A stretch of 64,000 nt of DNA from assembly GCA_964016885.1 (NCBI GenBank), contig OZ024741.1, positions 62,868,001 through 62,932,000 of the forward strand, given 5' to 3'. Positions 56,180-64,000 of this stretch are shown one piece after another; position 1 is the stretch's first letter, and each line of letters begins with the position of its first letter. A program made the translations under genes and the position numbers. This DNA comes from Eledone cirrhosa. Its lineage: Eukaryota. The notes beneath the pieces were generated by a model. That model did not search any database, was not told the origin of the DNA, and saw only the letters and a program-made list of their open reading frames with translations.

Positions 56180-56408
56180 AAGTACTCCCCCGTCTGCTGA
56201 AATTACGGATGTTATTTTCTTATAGAATTCTAGTAAATAATCAGGAACTGATTATACATTCATATATATATATGGCTATTTCAGAGCACCAATTCTAATT
56301 TTTAATTTCTGCTTGACCGGCAACCTCTCTGTATAATCAGTTCCTGATTATTTACTAGAATTCTATAAGAAAATAACATCCGTAATTTCAGCAGACGGGG
56401 GAGTACTT

Positions 56409-56454
56409 GGCTTTGATAAGCATCAATAAATGCAGAAACAAGGCTTTGTCAGCT
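56409..56454 (+). ncRNA. Type I hammerhead ribozyme, U3-A8 variant
   Basis: GGCT-TTGATAA-GCAT caataa ATGCa-GAAA-CAAGGCTTTG-TC-AGCT. Confidence 0.78.
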
Positions 56455-56579
56455 TTATCTCCCCCTGTTTGCTGAAATTAAAGTAAGTGAGTCTGTCACT
56501 ACTCTAAAACAATAGCATATGGTCTTCTAAATGCTTTTAATTAAGCATAAAGTGTATTGCAAAATACACTATATATACA

Positions 56580-56685
<106 letters not shown>

Positions 56686-57119
56686 AGTGAAAGCGTGCTA
56701 AACAAATGTTGAGATAAAGTTGTGATAAACAATGTCATACTTTAAATTATCGAAAACTGTATCTAAGTGCTTGTTTAATCTAAAAAAAAAAAAGATGTCT
56801 GTTGATTTTACTTCTTCGGAATCTGATATCGATGAAGAAATCTGATGAATCAATATCGTGATATTTCAGTCTGGGATAGTTGGTCAACATTACATGTTTT
56901 TATTGTTTAGCCCATGACAGTCTTCATCCAGCCGACCAATGATAATGACTTTACAACTGTAAACATCCCGCATTTTGTTCAGGCGTATTGTATATATGAT
57001 AAGGCAGCGAATTAACAAAGTCCTTAGAACGTCCGATAGAAAGATTTGCGGTATACGTTTGGGCTCTCGGCGTTCTCTAAACTTGTCTTTCCTTCTATAG
57101 AGATCAATAAAAAAAAATA

Positions 57120-57300
57120 ATTGTTTCTACTTTATGGCACAAGGCCAGCAATTACCCAGTGCATTACTGGTACTTTATTTTATCAACCCCGTAAGGATGA
57201 AAGGCAAAGTCAACCTCAGCGGGATTTAAACTCAGATCGTTAAGGGACGTAACTATGCTGGAAAGCATGGCATCCGACCCTCTACCGATACAGCCAATCC
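57120..57300 (-). mobile_element. Nin-domain SINE
   Basis: Matches other copies in the window. Confidence 0.75.
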
Positions 57301-57559
57301 ACCACAATAAAAAAAAATAATGCCAGTCAAATATAGGGGTCTATTCATTCACTATAGGTATTTCTCCCTTCCCTACATTCTTTCTTTTTTCTTTCTTTTT
57401 CTTTCTTTCTTCTTCTTTTTCTTTTTCTTTTTCTTTTTCTTTTTCTTTCTTTCTTTCTTTCGCTATTTATATATTTATTTATTTATCAGTTTCCACCTCT
57501 CTCTCTCTCTCTCTCTTACTTGCAATTTATGGTTGTCTCTTCCTGGCATGAGATCTCAA

Positions 57560-58970
57560 ATGGCTTTCGTCTCCTGAAAGCCTGTGAAAAACCCATCCAC
57601 TAATCATACAATAATGTCTCGATTCGTTCTTGTTTCCACTTTGGGTTTGCTTATTGTCTATGTTCAGATGTCGTTTCAATGCACCACCTGATTTGCAAAT
57701 TTTCAGACAAACATGGTACTGGAACTGATTCTTTGCAACGAAGTTTGAATAGTCAACTTAGATGTTATCATCATGTGCTTCAAGCCAGCGTTTGAAAGCC
57801 ACAGCTTAGGGTACATAGGGCATTTGAAAACCAACGTTGGATAAGATTCAGGTGAATTGGCAGTATCGGTAGAGAGTCGGACGCCATGCTTTCCAGTATA
57901 GTTACGTTCCTCTACAGTCTGATTTCAAATCCCGTCGAAGTTAACTTTGCCTTTCATATTTACGCGGTCGATAAAATAAAGTACCAGTAATGCACTGGAT
58001 AATTGCTGGCCTTGTGCCAAAAGTAGAAACAATTATTACTATTAGTTTCATTTTTCCGCACTTTTCTTTCCAATTCTGCATCTTTTACCCATTCCATTCA
58101 AATGCTCTAACTCCATTCCAAATTTCATTTCTCCAGGCCACTCTATCTCCTGCACATGATTCAAGATTTTTATAGGATATGTTAAGGCATTTTAAGTTCG
58201 CTTTTAGAGAGTCTCTGTATTCCTTCCTTGGCTTACTAGTTAACCTTTTGCCCAGCTTGATTTCGCCATAAAACATTTTCTCGTGGATGCGTCCGTCACG
58301 CATACGAATCTTGTGACCTGTAGATCTTAACTGATTCCTAATAAGTATAGCTTGAGCAACTCTTTTACCTAGCAAGAATATCAGTGTCTGGAACGAATAT
58401 GTTCCAGCTCATTCTGTGTATATGCCGGAGGCAGTTTTGGTGAAACTGTTCCGACAGTTTAGCACGCCATGTGTACAACGTCTATGCCTCGGATAAATAC
58501 AATAGGCCAGAGAGTACAAATGAGACGTATACAGCAACCTTACACTCCAATATAATGTGACGTTGTGACTAGACTTTAATTTCTAGTCCACCAAGAGCTT
58601 TTGCTGTCTTTTGTGTACGCGATGTGATTTCAGTATCCAAATTGCCATCAGCTTGTATCCTACTGCCAATATATTCAAAGTAGGTCACCGTCCTTAGCAT
58701 TGTGCCGAGGATTCGAGGTGCAGTTGTGTGCTCCCCATGAGCAGGTTAATGCATTACAATCATTTTTCAAATCAATTATCAGACCGGAAACAACACAAGC
58801 AACGTCGAAACCACTGATCAGATTTTGCAAGCCATCCCCGGTGTTACGGATCAAAGAGGAGAAGATGTTAGAGTTGAATCTCATTCTAGTCAAAATGAAC
58901 ACATTGGACAAGGACTCCGTCTGTTGATGTTGCATAGGCATTTGACGGCATCGCCGCAAAATAAATGGTG
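57560..58970 (-). mobile_element. Degraded RTE LINE fragment interrupted by a SINE
   Basis: LQNLISGFDVAC..GLIIDLK, FEYIGS, FHQNCLR, NQLRSTGHKIRMRDGRIHEKMFYGEI. Confidence 0.8.
57855..58035 (+). mobile_element. Nin-domain SINE nested in RTE
   Basis: TGGCAGTATCGG A-box, TTCAAATCC B-box, core. Confidence 0.75.
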
Positions 58971-59082
58971 ATACATACATGCATTCATACATTCATTCAT
59001 ACATACATACATACATACATACATACATACATACATACATACATACATACATACATACATACATACATACATACATACATAC

Positions 59083-59495
59083 ATGGTGGCTGCCAACTCG
59101 TTTTCGAGTACGGCCACTACTGTATATCCATGTAGGAGAACCCCTACCGATGCGCTGAAAGTGTGTGACGTTTTAGTCCAGCCTGCGACTTGAAAACTCT
59201 GGTACAAACCCTACACTTGTGACAATTATTGACACATAGTGCTGGGCCCATGGTACCAGGTGACGACAAGTGCAGAGAGATCTCCAGATATAAAGCAATG
59301 CCTGTGCCGTGAAGCTTTTATAGTGATCAAAGGCACTGCACAAAGCCAGTCCCACTCTCTTAACCAAGATGATATTTACCAAAAAGAAGAACAAGTCAAC
59401 ATCATTGGATACCATCAGGGTTGCAGGTGTTATATCAGAGTTTTCCTTCTCCTAGAATTCTGCCTTGACTAAGGCTAAGGGGTCATCTCTCCCGG
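59083..59495 (-). mobile_element. 5'-truncated copy of the bipartite RTE-derived element in (TACA)n
   Basis: Near-identical to 22731-23142. Confidence 0.8.
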
Positions 59496-59629
59496 AATAC
59501 ATACATACATACATACATGCATACATACATACATACAAACATACATACATACATACATACAAACGTGCATACATACATACATACATACATATATACATAC
59601 ATACATACAAATATGCATGCATACATACA

Positions 59630-59663
<34 letters not shown>

Positions 59664-59850
59664 CATACATACATACATGCATGCATACAAACATACATAC
59701 ATACATGATGGCTGCCCCCTCGTTATCGAGTATGGCCATTGCACAAGAACAAAAAAAAAAAAAATAAAATAAATAAATAAAAATAAAAAAAAAATAAAAA
59801 TAAAATAATAATAATAAAATAGATAAATTTAAAAAAAAGAAAAAAAAAAG

Positions 59851-59899
<49 letters not shown>

Positions 59900-59963
59900 C
59901 ATATATACATACACACATACATACACATACACTCACACATATATACACACATACATTAATAAC

Positions 59964-60003
<40 letters not shown>

Positions 60004-60082
60004 GCAATAATAATAATAACGACAACAACAATAATAATATACATATTCATATATATATACACACACACGCACGCACATAAGC

Positions 60083-60156
<74 letters not shown>

Positions 60157-60159
60157 TAG

Positions 60160-60555
60160 CAACTAACAGTGCTGCGATCGAATGTGGCTTTTTAGCCCAG
60201 CCAATGATCTAAAATGTCTTGCACAGAGTCGGCAACCAAAACATTCACTGGGAATAGTCGGCTGTGGTTGGAGTTCGTGTACTTTTGCATGTCGCTTGAG
60301 CCCTCCTGCTGATTTACATTCTCTACCACATGTTTGGCAAGCATGATGAGTAGCATCTCCAACAGCAGCCTGGTAGTCAACCACTGGTCTTACTTTATGA
60401 CTGCGAAGATGACTTTCGAGTCCAGCTTTGCTTAGGCAGAGTCTCGCACAGACGCTGCATGTCAGAACCATAGGAGGACCCTCGCCGTCTGGAAGTGCAA
60501 CAGCAATGCCCTTCCTCACGTCCCGCTTTACTTTCTCGTGTGAGATTCGAGATGC
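60160..60555 (-). mobile_element. RTE 3' end encoding three C2H2-like zinc fingers
   Basis: CSVC..GLESHLRSH, CQTC..GLKRHAKVH, CRLC..GLKSHIRSQH; same pattern as the RTE tail at 8440-8700. Confidence 0.7.
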
Positions 60556-60631
60556 CTACATACATACATACATACATACATACATACATACATACATACA
60601 TACATACATACATACATACATACATACATAC

Positions 60632-61255
60632 ATGGAATGTTCCAGTCAAAACCCCAATAACATGCAAACATAACAGACGAGATATAATGATATGGGACAG
60701 GGAAAAGTAGGTATGCACAGTAGTGGAAGTAAGCTGCCCAGCAGATGCCAATATAATATCAAAGATTAGCGAAAAGGAGAATATCTATGCAGAACTAATG
60801 AGAAATCTACAGATACTCCACCTTCAGATTTTCAATTTTATGCCTGTGGTTATTGGGACACTGGGGGTATGTTAGTAACTGCCTCAATACAAATCTTGAG
60901 AAGCTAGGCTTCACAGGAACAGAAAGAACATAACTAGTTAGGAAATTACAAGTACAATCCATTAATGGAACAGTAAAATTATGTAAAACATTCCAAAAAT
61001 GTTGCATCTAATAAGTGCATATACACATATACAGATACAAAGCATATACACATGCACGAATACAAATCAAAACATACGCATCCACACATACAATAACATC
61101 CATATCTACACATGCATGCATACATAATCTACCTAGTTGATGTGTAAATTCCAATGAGAGTCTTGTGTCTATGTTAGAAACAGACTCTCTCTCTATTGGG
61201 AAAAAAATGTGTGAAATTATAAAACCAGAAGAACATACATACATAGACTAATTCA
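60632..61255 (+). mobile_element. RLE-type (R4/NeSL/R2-group) non-LTR 3' fragment flanked by (TACA)n
   Basis: HNRRDIMIWD..VEVSCP..EKENIYAEL..PVVIGTLG. Confidence 0.7.
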
Positions 61256-62034
61256 TAGTTGGCACCTTCAAAATTTGCAAAACATTCTTGCGATTCAAGG
61301 GATGACAATTTTTTTTCTTTTACAATCTTGCCACCAGGAAGGTGGCCGGTCAAAAATGTACTCGAAATTCAGAGACAGAGAAACATACATACATATATAC
61401 ATACATACACACATAAATACATAGGTGTGCATCTTCCAATGTGTTGTTTTAAAAATAAATGCAGTAGTGTTCGATTCGATGAAGATTTGCTTGCTATTTC
61501 TAGCTAGTTGTGTGACTTATGTTTAAGACTTTTTTGTCAGCATGTGTACAATAATGTATTTCATAAAATTGCAGTCGATACCGAATTTATTCCTTGATCT
61601 CTTGTTCATATAAGCAGCAGTAATCCACTGACGTTTATTCAGTCGTCCAAATCTCCTTCTGTATAAATATTTGATTCTAACGTTTACAGAAGGCCACGCA
61701 GTTTCTTCGCCTGTGTGGCGAGCTGTAAAATCGATCCCACTAATTGCATGTCAATTTAGTTTATTGACCTCTAAACGATAATAGTCGAAAGGGGTGTCGA
61801 TGGCATTTGAACATCAAAACATAAAGAACAGAAATCAAATATCGCAAAGCATTTTTTCTGACACTAATGAGTAAGGATTTCGCAACTGCTTTCCTTTTAA
61901 ATATCTTGTAATGGTATCTAATTAAAAGATGTTAATATTAAAGCCCGTGAGCTGATTACACGACGCGTTGTCGATCCCAAGTGAAACCAATCCGGCGTCA
62001 ACATCTGTCGGTGTTGATAAAAATAATAATAATA

Positions 62035-62140
62035 ATTGTTTCTACGTTAGGCACAAGGCCAGCAATTACCCAGTTTATTACTGGTACTTTATTTTATCGA
62101 CCCTCTAAGGATGAAAGGCAAAGTTAACCTCGGCGAGATT
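62035..62140 (-). mobile_element. Nin-domain SINE 3' part
   Basis: Core match; (TAA)n flanks. Confidence 0.7.
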
Positions 62141-62483
62141 AATAATAATAATGTCAGGAAGACACTCGGCATATATCTCAGAAACAATAATGAAAGAAAA
62201 TAAAAACAATTATAATAATAATAATAATAATAATAATAATGTTTTCTTTATTAACCACAAGGGTTCACATAAAGTAGACATTAAGGACAGTACAGGACAA
62301 TACAGGACGGTACAAATGGGCATTTTTGCGTGTAAAAAAACAGAGGTTGAAATAAAATAACAAAGAAAAATTCCCCAATAGGGGGGAGACTTCCAAGGGA
62401 CATTTGTGGAGAAAGCCCATTAAAAGACCACAGTGGCCCTGACCACCAGGGCAAGTGCCCTCTCCCAGTTTTCCACCTTTAAT

Positions 62484-64000
62484 TTACAGACACATACTCA
62501 GAGAAGGCCCATTTATTCGGGCCATACTTGCTTCTCTCACCCATCTTTCAACAAAATGCTGGGAAGAGAGCACTTCCCTCTCTACCCTGATCTTCCTTTT
62601 CAAATGAAATTTGAAAAAGTTAATCAGGGCATCACCGAAGAGGTAAGTGCTCGTCTTCAGCCCTTTCAAACGTGTCCACCATACTATCTCTTTCGCCATG
62701 GCCACCAGACAGATAAAAACTGCCTGCCCTTCCAGGCTAAAGGAAGGGGGCGGGGCAATCCTCACGATGGACTCAGCTGATAGCTGGATAGGTCCTACAC
62801 GTGACAGCAGGTGTTCGACAAAAACCCACAAGTCAGCAATGCTCGGACACTGGACGAGTGCGTGCAGGACGGTTTCGTCGCCCTGCGCGCATCTCGGACA
62901 TGCCCGGCTGACGGCACCTCCATGCCTGTAGAGTTTATCCCGAACTGGCAAAGCTCCTCGGTAGCACTGCCAGGCCAGGGATTTCTGGAAGTTGTCCATA
63001 GGCCCCGGCCCGAAAGTCCTTCCGAAGAGATTGGCTAGTTGATTTTCGTCGACGCCTAGAGTTTCTCCAAGTACGTCGTCGCTCTTCCCCTCCACTAATC
63101 CCCTATAGAACGCCAAGGTGGAGTTTCCACCGATCACATTGCCCGATTGGTCGAGGGCTGTGAGCGCCTGAAGACATTCCAGTCTCCAAGCGCTCCCTCT
63201 CGGTCTTCGCTTGACCCAGGACTGCAGCTCCGTCAAGGAGACGAGCTGGGGAAAAACGTGTCTTGCAAACGGCGACCACACCTGATCACCGTCGAGGAAG
63301 AGGTGGAGATGTCGTAGCCTGAGCGCGTGTCTGCGCATCATCAGCCACGGCATGCCCAGCCCTCCACGTAGCGGGTGTTGACAGCAGATGGACCGCCTGA
63401 CCATCGGAGCGCGTCCCTTCCACAAGAAGCGAAAGAGCAAACGCTCCAGCGCAGTCAGGCGGGGCTTAGGACTAGGTACGACGGTCAGGCGGTAGTAGAT
63501 GACGGATGCGATGTACGCATTCGCCACCTCCGCTCGACCTTTCAGGGATAGCTTCCTCTCGGCCCATTTCTGGGTGAGAGAAGCCACCCTGCTCGTCACC
63601 TCGTCCCAGTTTTTGTCCGTCTGGAGGTCTGGACCGAACCAGACCCCTAGCAATTTAACCGGTCCGTCCGTCCAGCGCCCGACGACGCTGTTGTACGGCA
63701 TGGACCTGCCTCTCCAGGTGCCGAGCTGCAGGCCCACTGACTTTTCCTGGTTGATCATTGCTCCTGTCACCGCTTCGTATTCTCTTAGTGTAGTGCCGAT
63801 CGCCTCGATGTGTTTGGCGTTCGACACCACTACGGTGACATCGTCCGCATATGCTGACACGGATCTTCCGCATCCTAGTTCGCGCGGGACCCCCCTCAAT
63901 GTCTCCAGTTTGTGCAGTAATGGCTCGAGAGTCAATACGTACAATAGGGACGAGAGGGGACATCCTTGGCGGACCGAGCGCATGATGTTGAACGGTTCCG
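62484..64000 (-). CDS. L1/Tx1-clade retrotransposon ORF2 C-terminal half (RT + zf-RVT), runs off the window edge
   Basis: Uninterrupted 499-aa ORF: RQGCPLS, AYADDVT, KLLGVWF, LSLKGR, GGLG, CPRC..ETVLHALVQC; 3' UTR ends near 62240 in (TAA)n. Confidence 0.92.
   Translation of the reverse strand, partial: EPFNIMRSVRQGCPLSSLLYVLTLEPLLHKLETLRGVPRELGCGRSVSAYADDVTVVVSNAKHIEAIGTTLREYEAVTGAMINQEKSVGLQLGTWRGRSMPYNSVVGRWTDGPVKLLGVWFGPDLQTDKNWDEVTSRVASLTQKWAERKLSLKGRAEVANAYIASVIYYRLTVVPSPKPRLTALERLLFRFLWKGRAPMVRRSICCQHPLRGGLGMPWLMMRRHALRLRHLHLFLDGDQVWSPFARHVFPQLVSLTELQSWVKRRPRGSAWRLECLQALTALDQSGNVIGGNSTLAFYRGLVEGKSDDVLGETLGVDENQLANLFGRTFGPGPMDNFQKSLAWQCYRGALPVRDKLYRHGGAVSRACPRCAQGDETVLHALVQCPSIADLWVFVEHLLSRVGPIQLSAESIVRIAPPPSFSLEGQAVFICLVAMAKEIVWWTRLKGLKTSTYLFGDALINFFKFHLKRKIRVEREVLSSQHFVERWVREASMARINGPSLSMCL

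Noticed and set aside
60163-60519. Possible host C2H2 zinc-finger gene
   Set aside because: No TGEKP linkers; the same finger pattern terminates RTE elements elsewhere in the window

Overview
AT-rich, microsatellite-saturated eukaryotic DNA in which I could not support any host protein-coding exon. The repeat repertoire suggests an octopus/coleoid cephalopod intron or intergenic region (inference). Almost all long ORFs in the track are (TA)n/(CA)n/(TACA)n artefacts or transposon remnants. Recognisable elements: several Penelope-like retroelements (PLEs; RT + GIY-YIG), two tandem Helitrons with diagnostic termini, RTE LINE fragments plus a non-autonomous bipartite RTE family, an L1/Tx1-type RT, CRE- and R4-type restriction-like endonuclease fragments, hAT (Buster/Charlie) and Tc1 remnants, a Tc2/Tigger-like MITE and many tRNA-derived Nin-domain SINEs. 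The main hidden signal is a dense set of minimal type-I hammerhead ribozyme (HHR) motifs. I read intact catalytic cores in six sequence-unrelated families (9385-9433, 11708-11750, 21607-21669, 42743-42785/43146-43188, 44038-44080, 56134-56179/56409-56454), two of them with the U3-A8 core covariation, plus several partial or degenerate ones. They sit in PLE tails and in short non-coding fold-back elements whose ends abut (TA)n tracts. All structures were read by eye; coordinates of degraded elements are approximate.
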